A DNA stretch of 24,874 nucleotides, from assembly GCA_043778225.1 (NCBI GenBank), contig JAYWGM010000047.1:1-24874 (forward strand), read 5' to 3'. Positions 1-8,509 of the stretch are shown here, piece by piece. The first letter of the stretch is position 1. Every line of letters begins with the position of its first letter. The notes beneath the pieces are model-generated. The model was not told the origin of the DNA, made no database searches, and saw nothing but the letters and a program-made list of their open reading frames with translations. Position numbers and translations under genes: made by a program. This DNA comes from Deinococcales bacterium. GTDB taxonomy: Bacteria; Deinococcota; Deinococci; Deinococcales; JAAFIG01.

Positions 1-806
1 GCGGCTTGAGTGCGGTACACTAATGAGGGTATCGGATTGATTGGTATTTTCACAAATCATAATCTACCGATACCACCCAACTTAGGGAAACCTAGAGTAA
101 TCAGGAAAATTTCCATAAAATTAGGGTTTTTGGCATTGATAATACAGAATTAACTGGATTATATTTTTTAATTTCCAAAAATAGTGAAATAAATCAAGAA
201 ACATACAATTGTATCAAATCAAACTATACTTCATTAGATTTTGTAAGTAAAAATTGCTTAAATGGATATGAATTTGATAAAATTACGCTTGATAAAAACG
301 AATACTTACTAACTTTATTGAAAAGAGTAATAGATAATACTAGTTTAGACAAAAAATATTCTAATGGTCAACGTTTTAACGAAGATAATAGGGACTTAAA
401 TATGTTTAAGACATTTAACGACATTTATAAGAATTATCCAGAAAGAAAATTCATCTTCTCTATCCACGCTGGTCATAGTCTAAATCTTTCAAACAGATTT
501 GGTAGTTATATGAAAAATTCGACTTATAAATTTGATAACTACATTATCAGCTTGTGTTCGGGAGAAATAACTTCATATCGTGAAGTCAGTAAGGGGTTTT
601 ATACGCTATTCGTCCCAGCATTAAAGGGAAATTCAATTGAATCTGCGGTCTGCAATGGCAAAATTCCTGACCCAGAAAAAAATAACAAATTATTTCGATT
701 TACCAATATGTACTCCTCTGACGTGACTATAACAATACCTGATTACAGATTTAACGGGTTTATTGTGATTAAAAAAAGTTTGCCATTGATTTTTTCTAAA
801 AAATAA
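1..806 (+). pseudogene. Erythromycin esterase (EreA/ChaN-like superfamily)-like gene, 5' part disrupted or truncated; low GC
   Basis: The frame of ORF 318..806 is open back to 96 (SNQENFHKIRVFGID...), with an in-frame TAG at 93-95 and further stops upstream. Motifs IRVFGID, RDLNM, IFSIHAGH and FGSYMK resemble the Ere-family GxD, RDxxM, WAHNxH and MGxYL motifs. AT-rich, no CTCGAG. Confidence 0.45.
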
Positions 807-861
807 ATTTGTTGTCATTTTCCGTCGTCCAAATAAATTTCTGTAGCTTTATAAAAAAACT

Positions 862-2964
862 ATGAAAACCTTCCTCCAACACGACCCTCGAGACTGCGGC
901 ATCGCTTGCTTGCGCTCTGTCCTTTTTGCTCAGGGCAATCTCTCGAGCGTGGATTCACTGCGCCAAATCGCAGCCACCACAACTTCGGGTACTTCTTCGC
1001 TGGGTTTGCGTTCGGCGGCGCAACGCATGGGCTTTGAGGCAAAGGCTTTAACGGCTGAACTGAGCGATATAAGCAGTCTCGAGCTACCCTGTATTTTGCA
1101 TTGGGACAACAGCCATTATGTGCTGCTCTGGCGAGTGCATAATGGTAAGGCACTGATTGGCGACCCTGCACTTGGTAAGAACATCTGGTGGAAACTCGAG
1201 GATATACATCAGCACTGGACTGGTAAACTCTTGTGGTTGCGTCCGGGAACTCACTTTATTCGTGGTAATTTTGTCGGCAAACGTGGTTGGGCTGGGCTTT
1301 TGGTGCATTTTGAGCAGTTTCGCGGCGCTGGTCAGGTCTTGCTCGAGATTGCTTTAGGGACACTTATTTTGTCTGTTCTTGGTTTAAGTGCGCCAATACT
1401 TTCGCAAGTGCTGTTTGACCGTGTGCTAACTTTCCGCGAGGAGCAATTGCTGCCGTATTTACTGGCGGGTATTTTTATTTTGTCGGGCTTCCAAACTGCG
1501 TTTGGTTCGGTGCGAGGCTATATCAGTAGTCATCTGGCAATGCGTTTAGATTATCGGCTTCATCTTGGCTACTGGGATCATCTGCTGCGTTTACCATTGC
1601 GGCAGCACGAAACGCGCTTGGTTGGGGATTTACTCCAGCGCTTCTCGGATTTAACGATGGTGCGAAATGTTCTCTCGAGCCTGATTGTCGGCTTACCAAG
1701 TTCAGTTTTTTCTTTAATGATTAGCGTGGTGCTTTTAATCACCTACAATCCAACTTTGGCGTTGGTTGCCAGTGTCAATATCCCGTTGCAACTGGCGTAT
1801 CTTTTTATTCTCTCGCCAATGCTGCGCGAAAACTCGAGGCGAGGCTTAAAAAAATCGGGCGAGGTGCAATCTTTTTTAATTGGTTCGCTCGAGGGGTTAA
1901 GCACGATCAAGGCTTGGCGAGCCGAGGATTGGGCGCTGGGGCGTGGACGGCAACAAATTTCGGATTCAATGCAGATTGGGTGGCAAGGCATGATGCTGTC
2001 AACTTGGGGTGGCGTGGTTTTTAGCTTACTCGGTAGCCTTGGCAATATGCTGGTGCTTTGGTACGGCGCGACGCAAGTCCTAAAACTCGAGCTAACGGTT
2101 GGGCAATTGGTGGCTGCCAGTGGGCTGATGGGCAATGCACTAGGCGCATTATCGGGCATTACCAGCGCGGTTATGGGTGTCCAAGAAGGGATTGTGGCTT
2201 CGGATAGGCTGGCAGAATTGCTCGAGATAATGCCCGAGACCGATAAAGGGATTCGGGAATTACAACCACTCGAGCATGGTTTAGAAGTGCAGGGCTTACA
2301 ATTTGGGTATTTACCCGAAATTCCAATTCTAAAAAGTGTTTCGTTTGGCTTACCCAAAGGTTCGTACACCGCTCTGCTGGGTTCTAATGGAAGCGGCAAA
2401 AGTACACTGGCGACCATTTTGGCGCGGATGCAGGACACAACCGACGGCAAAATTCTTTGGGACGGGATTTCTTTCACCGATGTGGCAGCAGGTGCGGCTC
2501 GAGAACGGGTTTTATACCTTCGCCAAGATGTCCCACTTTTTTATGCCACGCTGCGCGAGAACATTGCTTTGGGCGCAGAACTTGAAGATATGCAGCTTTG
2601 GGCGGTGCTGGGCGCGGTTGGACTCGAGCCGATGGCACGGCGTTTACCAGAAGGTTTGGACACGACCATTGGCGGCGAAAGCCTTTATAAATTATCCTCT
2701 GGTGAACGGCAAATGCTCGGCTTATCTCGAGCCTTGTGCAGTAAAGCCGACGTGCTGATTCTGGACGAACCAACCGCGACACTAGACATGGAACGTGAAC
2801 GGCGTGTGGTGCAGATTTTAACGCAACTCAAACACAGTAAAACCCTATTGGTGATTACGCACCGACCAGCCTTAATTGAACCAGCCGACCAAGTGCTGAG
2901 TCTCGAGGATGGGATGGTACGGGTTCTCGAGAAAGCAGACTTGGGAATGAGGGTAATGGCATGA
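862..2964 (+). CDS. Peptidase-containing ABC transporter (PCAT): C39 peptidase + TMD + NBD
   Basis: C39 motifs QHDPRDCG (Gln/Cys), LHWDNSHY (His), IGDPA (Asp); multiple TM helices; Walker A GSNGSGKST, signature LSSGERQ, Walker B LILDE, H-loop ITHR. Confidence 0.95.
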   Translation: MKTFLQHDPRDCGIACLRSVLFAQGNLSSVDSLRQIAATTTSGTSSLGLRSAAQRMGFEAKALTAELSDISSLELPCILHWDNSHYVLLWRVHNGKALIGDPALGKNIWWKLEDIHQHWTGKLLWLRPGTHFIRGNFVGKRGWAGLLVHFEQFRGAGQVLLEIALGTLILSVLGLSAPILSQVLFDRVLTFREEQLLPYLLAGIFILSGFQTAFGSVRGYISSHLAMRLDYRLHLGYWDHLLRLPLRQHETRLVGDLLQRFSDLTMVRNVLSSLIVGLPSSVFSLMISVVLLITYNPTLALVASVNIPLQLAYLFILSPMLRENSRRGLKKSGEVQSFLIGSLEGLSTIKAWRAEDWALGRGRQQISDSMQIGWQGMMLSTWGGVVFSLLGSLGNMLVLWYGATQVLKLELTVGQLVAASGLMGNALGALSGITSAVMGVQEGIVASDRLAELLEIMPETDKGIRELQPLEHGLEVQGLQFGYLPEIPILKSVSFGLPKGSYTALLGSNGSGKSTLATILARMQDTTDGKILWDGISFTDVAAGAARERVLYLRQDVPLFYATLRENIALGAELEDMQLWAVLGAVGLEPMARRLPEGLDTTIGGESLYKLSSGERQMLGLSRALCSKADVLILDEPTATLDMERERRVVQILTQLKHSKTLLVITHRPALIEPADQVLSLEDGMVRVLEKADLGMRVMA

Positions 2965-3956
2965 TACAAAGTATTGCTAAACCTCAACCAAAGAATAATA
3001 GTCTCGAGTGGCAGCAACCCTCGAGCCGTGTTGCCCACTTCACATTCTGGGTGCTGGCATTGTTTGTGGTGGTTGCCATTGCTTGGGCATCCATTACTCA
3101 AATTCAACTGTACGGCTTGGTGCTTGGGTCACTCGAGCCGATGAAAAAACTCAGTACCCTCGAAATGCCATTTGCTGGGCGGGTTCTCGAGATTCGGGCG
3201 CAACTCTGGCGTAAAGTCAAAAAAGGCGATGTGCTGTTTATTGTGGATGGCGTAGGCACAGATGCTGCCGAAAGTACCCTAAAACTCGAACGCACTAAAA
3301 ACCAACTGGCAGATGCCCTAAAAACGCTCGAGACGGCTCAGACCGATTCCACCCAACAAGCACGAAAACTCGAGTTGGTCAGGGCGGTGTTTGAAGTTGG
3401 GGCAGCTTCGCGGCTTGAATTTAAAGAAGCCCAAGAAAATGCGTCTCGAGCAAAGGTGATGCTCGAGCAAGCCCAATTGCGAATTCAGGGCTTAAAGCTC
3501 GAGCAAGTGCAGCAAAAACGTTTGTTGCGGCTGGTGGTTCGCGCTCCGATTTCTGGAACGGTGGCAACGTTAGCCGTTCAGCAGTCGGGAAAACTGGTTA
3601 ATATGGGAATGCCACTGCTCGAGATTTTACCAAGTGCTGCAAAGCTGGTTTTTCGCGGTGAGTTAGCCGAATCTGACCGCCCCAAAGTCAAAGAAAATGC
3701 CAAAGCCGAAGTTGCTTGGAATGCCTATCCGCGCCAAAAGTACGGCATTACCCACGGCATTGTGCAAGCCATTTCGCCAACCAGCAGTGGCAAATACGCA
3801 CTCGAGATTCGGTTTGGCAAATTGGTTCTCGAAGGTCCGCTCGGCAATCGCCCGTTGCTGCCCGGAATGACGGCAGAAGCTCGAGTGATTGCCGCCACCA
3901 AACCCGCGCTGGGGCTACTCTGGGATTGGTTACGCGGCATTAGCCCATTAGATTAA
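2961..3956 (+). CDS. HlyD-family membrane fusion protein
   Basis: N-terminal TM helix, lipoyl halves (PFAGRV...VKKGDVL; VRAPISGTV), central coiled coil, YPRQKYG and LLPGMTAEA motifs; ATGA overlap with the PCAT gene. Confidence 0.93.
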   Translation: MIQSIAKPQPKNNSLEWQQPSSRVAHFTFWVLALFVVVAIAWASITQIQLYGLVLGSLEPMKKLSTLEMPFAGRVLEIRAQLWRKVKKGDVLFIVDGVGTDAAESTLKLERTKNQLADALKTLETAQTDSTQQARKLELVRAVFEVGAASRLEFKEAQENASRAKVMLEQAQLRIQGLKLEQVQQKRLLRLVVRAPISGTVATLAVQQSGKLVNMGMPLLEILPSAAKLVFRGELAESDRPKVKENAKAEVAWNAYPRQKYGITHGIVQAISPTSSGKYALEIRFGKLVLEGPLGNRPLLPGMTAEARVIAATKPALGLLWDWLRGISPLD

Positions 3957-3963
3957 GGAGTGT

Positions 3964-5232
3964 ATGGTTATTCGAGTTTTGTTGTTTATCTTGTTTTGGT
4001 CGTTTGGCAATGCACAGACCGCTATTTCTCGAGCCGATGTCATGCGCCTAGCCGAACGCAGTGCCAGTGTCGAGGTGGCTCGAGCCAAGATGCAAAGTGC
4101 CGAGGCGCAAGCTCGGGCTGTTGGTGCGGGAATCTCGGGTAGCGCGTCTGGTTCGGCGGCTGTGGCAGGTATTGTGCCGAGTTCTGGCGATACAATTTTG
4201 TCGTATCCATGGTCTTTGCAACTCAATTTGCGTTTTGCTGGGGTGCTTGGCGAAGCTGGCGATGCTCGAGTTCAAGCAAGTATCAACCTCGAACGGGCGC
4301 GGCGTGGTCTGGTTGCCGCAAGGATACGGGCGTTATCTCAAGCGGTGAATTTGTGGCATGGTTTGCGGCGTGGCATGGCAAATCTCGAGGTGGCACAAAT
4401 GGCGTTACAATTGGCGTTACTCGAGGATGCGGCGGCAGAAACTCGCTTGAAATCTGGCAGCATCAGTTTGGCAGAACGCGAACGAATCGCTTTGGCTTTA
4501 GAATTTGCGTGGCTCGAGGTTTCACGCGCCGAGCTTCGCTTGTCTGGGGTGCGTTTACAATTCGAGGTTTTGTTTGGCTTGCGCCATGCTGTGGCTTTAA
4601 CGGTATGGCAGGCATTATCCGAACCTTTAACTTTTGACCTCGAAGCTCGAGAGGATATTTTTGAGGCGCGGGCGGCTGTGGTTTTGGCAAATGTACAGGC
4701 GGGTGCTGCACAGCGCGTACTTTTACCAACCCTCAATCTCGAGGCTTCGGTGCGTGGCAGCGCTGGGGTCTTATCGGTCAGTGGCAATCAATTTTTAGCC
4801 CTCAGTATTGGTTATTCGTATCCTGTGGCTTTACCTGTTGGAGTCTCGAGCAGTTTTAGTATCGGTCTTAATCTGAGCATTCCAATTCAGCCTTTGAATT
4901 TAAGCGCCGCCAATCGGGCAGGTTCTGCGGCTCAACGTTTGCTCGAGGTTGTACTCGCTTTGGCAAAAGCCGAAGTCATCACGGCTCGCTCGAGTTTGGT
5001 TTTGGCACATTCAACCCTAGATTTGGCATGGCGTTCAAACGAATTTGCAGCACGGCAACTCGAGCGGGTCAAGGCTAGAATTTTAGCAGGCTTGGTTTCG
5101 GTCTTGGACTTAAAACGAGCCGAATTGGATTTTGCCAAAGCTGGCTTAGAAGTTCTTGACGCACAAGCCAACTTTGATACGGCAAACCTTGAGTTAAGCG
5201 CTACTTTGGCACTGGTTATGGAGGCACAATGA
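3964..5232 (+). CDS. TolC-family outer membrane efflux protein (copy 1)
   Basis: SD AAGGAG upstream; signal peptide; two OEP repeats with RLKSGSIS and RILAGLVS turns; predicted beta-strand segments (LQLNLRF, LPTLNLEASV, IGLNLSIPI). Confidence 0.85.
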   Translation: MVIRVLLFILFWSFGNAQTAISRADVMRLAERSASVEVARAKMQSAEAQARAVGAGISGSASGSAAVAGIVPSSGDTILSYPWSLQLNLRFAGVLGEAGDARVQASINLERARRGLVAARIRALSQAVNLWHGLRRGMANLEVAQMALQLALLEDAAAETRLKSGSISLAERERIALALEFAWLEVSRAELRLSGVRLQFEVLFGLRHAVALTVWQALSEPLTFDLEAREDIFEARAAVVLANVQAGAAQRVLLPTLNLEASVRGSAGVLSVSGNQFLALSIGYSYPVALPVGVSSSFSIGLNLSIPIQPLNLSAANRAGSAAQRLLEVVLALAKAEVITARSSLVLAHSTLDLAWRSNEFAARQLERVKARILAGLVSVLDLKRAELDFAKAGLEVLDAQANFDTANLELSATLALVMEAQ

Positions 5233-6224
5233 TTCGGTTTATTCTGGTGGCACTGTGGGTTTCCTCGAGTATTGCAATGGCACAAATACCCGAAAAATGG
5301 TTTGTGGCGGCTTTAGCTCGGTCAGATGGTTTTGCCATTGCCTTTGGCGAGGCACAAAATGCCAAAGTTCGTTTACAACGTCTTAAATCCGACCCACTTG
5401 CCACTAAACCTTTATGGCTCGAAAGCAGTACAGCCTTAGAATTGGCAGAAGCTCGAGTTGTTGCCACTCGGCTTGAGGTACGGCGCAGTTTATTTCAAAA
5501 CATTTTTGCTTGGCGTAATGCTTTAGACACATTCGAGACTGCATCTGCCAAACTTAATTTGGCGGATGCAAGTGCTAAAGCCACCAATGCAAGATTTAAG
5601 GTTGGAGCAGTTACCAGCGTTGAAGTCAATCGTACCGAGGCAGAATTAAGAGCCACCCAAAGCGAAATCTCGAGCGCTCGATCAGAACTTGCAGCCACTG
5701 TCGAAGTTTTGCAAAATCAGCTTGGTTTTGCCCCTAATGCCATAACCCCAAGCCAAGCCCTACCGCGTCCAACACGTCAAGTCTTAGAACGTAATCTTGA
5801 TTCAAGTGTGCGAATCGTGGATGCCAAAGGCGCATTGGCTCGAGCCAAGTTAGACTTTGAAATTAAAGACAACGAATTTTCTGCACCTGTTGAAATCAGC
5901 GAAGCCAAACGAAATGTGAGCAATGCAGAACGCAATTTAGCGGATGCTCGTAATGGAGTAAAAGCCGCCCTCACGACTCGCTGGGAGGTCTATCAATCGG
6001 CGGCTGGAGCGCTGACGGCTCGAGAACGGGCGGTGCAATTGGCTACGGACGAATTAAAAACCCAAGTCGAGCGTTTAGCGCGCGGTCTGGTTTCTCAATT
6101 GGTGATTTTGCAGGCTCGAGTCGCTCTGGTGCAAGCCCAAAGTAACCTCGAGTTTAGCCACCAACGTTTGGCAACCAGTGTTCTCGAGTTAGCAATCTTG
6201 GTTAATTTGGATTTATGGCGATAA
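5229..6224 (+). CDS. Short TolC-family protein (copy 2), mostly alpha-helical
   Basis: Signal peptide; OEP-type turns RFKVGAVT and RLARGLVS; ATGA overlap with copy 1; only 331 aa. Confidence 0.8.
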   Translation: MIRFILVALWVSSSIAMAQIPEKWFVAALARSDGFAIAFGEAQNAKVRLQRLKSDPLATKPLWLESSTALELAEARVVATRLEVRRSLFQNIFAWRNALDTFETASAKLNLADASAKATNARFKVGAVTSVEVNRTEAELRATQSEISSARSELAATVEVLQNQLGFAPNAITPSQALPRPTRQVLERNLDSSVRIVDAKGALARAKLDFEIKDNEFSAPVEISEAKRNVSNAERNLADARNGVKAALTTRWEVYQSAAGALTARERAVQLATDELKTQVERLARGLVSQLVILQARVALVQAQSNLEFSHQRLATSVLELAILVNLDLWR

Positions 6225-6401
6225 AAATGGCGCGAGTCTGTCAGCCTGTGTTGCTGCGGCTGGTTACTTAGGATTTGTCCGTTAATAACTTTCTTGCCCC
6301 TGAAACAGCACCTTCGGGCTTTGGGCGCTTCCCGATTTGAGAACGAAAAAACATCTCCTCTTACAGGGCGAACACTTCTTGACCATAAACGCACACCTAA
6401 C

Positions 6402-6429
6402 GGGCATGGTCGCAAGGTTCGCACCCTAC
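6402..6429 (-). repeat. Degenerate or chimeric GTAG-type REP
   Basis: Minus strand reads GTAG-GGTGCGAACC-TTGC-GACCATGCCC and lies back-to-back with the REP at 6446. Confidence 0.55.
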
Positions 6430-6445
6430 AGAACAATGCTTTTTC

Positions 6446-6470
6446 GTAGGGGCGATGCTTGTCATCGCCC
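6446..6470 (+). repeat. GTAG-type REP (repetitive extragenic palindrome)
   Basis: GTAG followed by a perfect 8-bp stem: GGGCGATG-cttgt-CATCGCCC. Confidence 0.75.
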
Positions 6471-6530
6471 AGCCATTTACGGATTTTATTCTTGGACAAA
6501 TCCTTGGCAGCTCGAGTCGGAGAAAACATT

Positions 6531-6575
6531 CTTGGCGGGCAACGTCTTGGCGCGAGCGCCAAAAGTACCGTCAAG
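6531..6575. repeat. Extended hairpin
   Basis: Outer stem CTTGGCGG/CCGTCAAG (one G-U pair) and inner stem TTGGCG-cgag-CGCCAA. Confidence 0.5.
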
Positions 6576-6755
6576 TGGTGGTTAGAAAGCCAAGTTCATT
6601 GTCAGAACATCATGAATCCAGTTTACCAGCACTTTGCGGCTGGGCATTTTTACAAAAATAACGACCCAAAGCAGATTTGGCATTACTGGGCGGTTAATTT
6701 GCCGTACCAATTCAGTAAGCCATTTTGTGGATTGCTGTTTGGCTCGAGTCTCGGT

Positions 6756-6761
6756 TAAACT
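6756..6761 (+). promoter_or_regulatory. Candidate -10 box for the ABC-F leader transcript
   Basis: TAAACT (TANNNT) about 60 nt upstream of the leader uORF. Confidence 0.3.
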
Positions 6762-6823
6762 AATGTCACCACTCGAGAATTAGCTCGAGCGAGCGGCTGA
6801 CCACTTTTTCAAAGGATACCTGC

Positions 6824-6850
6824 ATGACACGTTTGCGTTCATCACCATAG
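6824..6850 (+). CDS. Putative leader (arrest) peptide MTRLRSSP
   Basis: SD AAAGGA at 6811-6816, 7-nt spacer, then ATG ACA CGT TTG CGT TCA TCA CCA TAG; contains the +X+ motif RLR; ends 36 nt before the ABC-F start. Confidence 0.65.
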   Translation: MTRLRSSP

Positions 6851-6853
6851 GCT

Positions 6854-6873
6854 AAAGGCATTCGCCCTTTTTT
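6854..6873 (+). terminator. Weak attenuator-like hairpin followed by T6
   Basis: AAAGGC-attc-GCC-c-TTTTTT between the uORF stop and the ABC-F SD. Confidence 0.4.
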
Positions 6874-6886
6874 CTTGGAGGTTCAC

Positions 6887-8488
6887 GTGAGCTTAACCAT
6901 GCGTGGAGCGCAAAAGCGCTTTGCCGATACACTTATTTTTGAAGATGTGACCCTCGAGTTACATCAGGGTCAGCGCGTTGCTTTGTTGGGTCGTAATGGC
7001 AGTGGCAAAACCACATTGCTGAAAATTCTGGCTGGACTCGAGCAACCCGATGCTGGAACAGTTACGAGGCTCGGGCGCGTTTCTTATCTCGCGCAGCGCG
7101 ATTGGCTCGAGGCTGGTTTACTGCGCGATGTGGTGCTGCCCGATACCTTAAAAAGTCTCAAAGCCAAGCTCGAGGTGGCACAAATTGCGCTCGAGAATCC
7201 AAGCCCCGAAAATCTTGAGCAATTTGCCCTTCTCGAAGAACAATTTAGAATTGCGGATGGCTATGACCTCGAGATTCGCGCCGAGGAAATTCTGGCTGGA
7301 CTGGGTTTAGAAGGTTCACGCTCGAGCCAAGCCTTATCGGGCGGGCAGGAACGCCGTGCCTTGCTGGCTCGGTTGCTGATTCAACCCGCCGATTTTTACT
7401 TGCTGGATGAACCGACCAATCATTTGGACTTGGAAAGTTTGGCATGGCTCGAGAACTGGATTTTGGCTCAGGAAGCTGGTTTTATGATTGTTTCGCACGA
7501 TAGGGCTTTTCTGGATGCGACTGTAGAGCGTTGTTTTGAACTCGAGCGGCAAAAGGTGACAGGCTATGATGGGAATTTTACCGAGGCGATGCAGCTTAAA
7601 AAAGCCATTCAAGAAAATCAATTATTGGCATTTGAAAATCACGAGCGCAAAGTCAAGCAATTATTTCTCGAGCGGCAGGCGGCAATTGCCCAAGCCTCGA
7701 GAAGCGAAAATAAGAACCGAGCCGGTAGCCGTGATGCCATGACAGCCAGTCATTTGATGAACCGAGCTTCGCATAAACAAGGACGACGAGCGCTGGCACT
7801 CGAAAAACGCATCGAACACATGGGCGAACTCGAGAAACCATTTGAGGATGATTTTTTGACCAAAATCCAATTGGGGGCTGTGCCTGTGGGTGCGTCCGAA
7901 GTTCTCAAATTCGAGAATGTGACAGTGCAACGCGCTGAAAAAACGATTCTCGAGAACACGAATTTATTTATTCGGCGCGGCGAAAAAGTAGCGCTAATCG
8001 GTGCAAATGGCGGCGGCAAAAGTACGCTCTTAAAAGCCATTCTTGGGCAACTCGAGTTTACGGGCAGTATTGTTCTCGGGCAGAATGTTTCGGTTTACTG
8101 GGCAGCCCAAAATACAGAAGAACTGAACGAATTTATCACGCTCGAGGATGCGCTTTTGGCTGCCAATCCGCGTTTACAAACCAAAGAAATCTATGCGCTT
8201 TTAGCCAGTTTAGGGCTTCCCAAAGAACCTTCTCGAGCCATTGCCACCTTGTCTGGCGGTCAGCGCACCCGTTTAACCTTGGCGAGGTTATCGGTCACTC
8301 GAGCTTCTTTTTTAATCCTCGATGAACCGACCAATAATCTGGATACCGACGCAATTGCTGCACTCGAGAAATTACTGCTCGAATATAATGGCACAGTGCT
8401 GCTGGCTTCGCACGACCGACGCTTACTCGAGACCATAGCAACCCGCAGAATTTTGGTACAAGACACAAAGCTGCTCGAGCAAAATTAA
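6887..8488 (+). CDS. ABC-F family ATPase, ribosome-protection (ARE)-like
   Basis: Two NBDs and no TM helices (GRNGSGKTT/LSGGQ/LDEPTNHLD; GANGGGKST/LSGGQ/LDEPTNNLD); long interdomain linker ending ALEKRIEHMGELEKP. Start moved to GTG 6887 because SD GGAGG is at 6877-6881. Confidence 0.9.
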   Translation: MSLTMRGAQKRFADTLIFEDVTLELHQGQRVALLGRNGSGKTTLLKILAGLEQPDAGTVTRLGRVSYLAQRDWLEAGLLRDVVLPDTLKSLKAKLEVAQIALENPSPENLEQFALLEEQFRIADGYDLEIRAEEILAGLGLEGSRSSQALSGGQERRALLARLLIQPADFYLLDEPTNHLDLESLAWLENWILAQEAGFMIVSHDRAFLDATVERCFELERQKVTGYDGNFTEAMQLKKAIQENQLLAFENHERKVKQLFLERQAAIAQASRSENKNRAGSRDAMTASHLMNRASHKQGRRALALEKRIEHMGELEKPFEDDFLTKIQLGAVPVGASEVLKFENVTVQRAEKTILENTNLFIRRGEKVALIGANGGGKSTLLKAILGQLEFTGSIVLGQNVSVYWAAQNTEELNEFITLEDALLAANPRLQTKEIYALLASLGLPKEPSRAIATLSGGQRTRLTLARLSVTRASFLILDEPTNNLDTDAIAALEKLLLEYNGTVLLASHDRRLLETIATRRILVQDTKLLEQN

Positions 8489-8496
8489 AAATCGTG

Positions 8497-8502
8497 TATG
8501 CT
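8497..8502 (+). promoter_or_regulatory. -10 box, probable leaderless promoter
   Basis: TATGCT with 7 nt before ATG 8510. Confidence 0.55.
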
Positions 8503-8509
8503 TTAAGGC

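Larger units (their letters stand above)
6270..6504. repeat. 11-bp inverted repeat pair enclosing REP remnants (MITE-like candidate)
   Basis: AGGATTTGTCC at 6270-6280 and its reverse complement GGACAAATCCT at 6494-6504. Confidence 0.4.

Noticed and set aside
801..840. Direct repeat AAATAAATTT at 801-810 and 831-840 upstream of the PCAT gene
   Set aside because: Low complexity in AT-rich DNA, and the first copy overlaps a stop codon; cannot be distinguished from chance.
6095..6758. ORFs 6095..6574(-), 6337..6585, 6455..6661 and 6459..6758 as PCAT precursor peptides or transposase remnants
   Set aside because: No double-glycine leader, SD or recognisable motif; they run through palindromic repeats.
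6763..6783. Second uORF MSPLEN upstream of the ABC-F
   Set aside because: No SD, and its ATG is 1 nt from the candidate -10 box, so it is probably not in the transcript.
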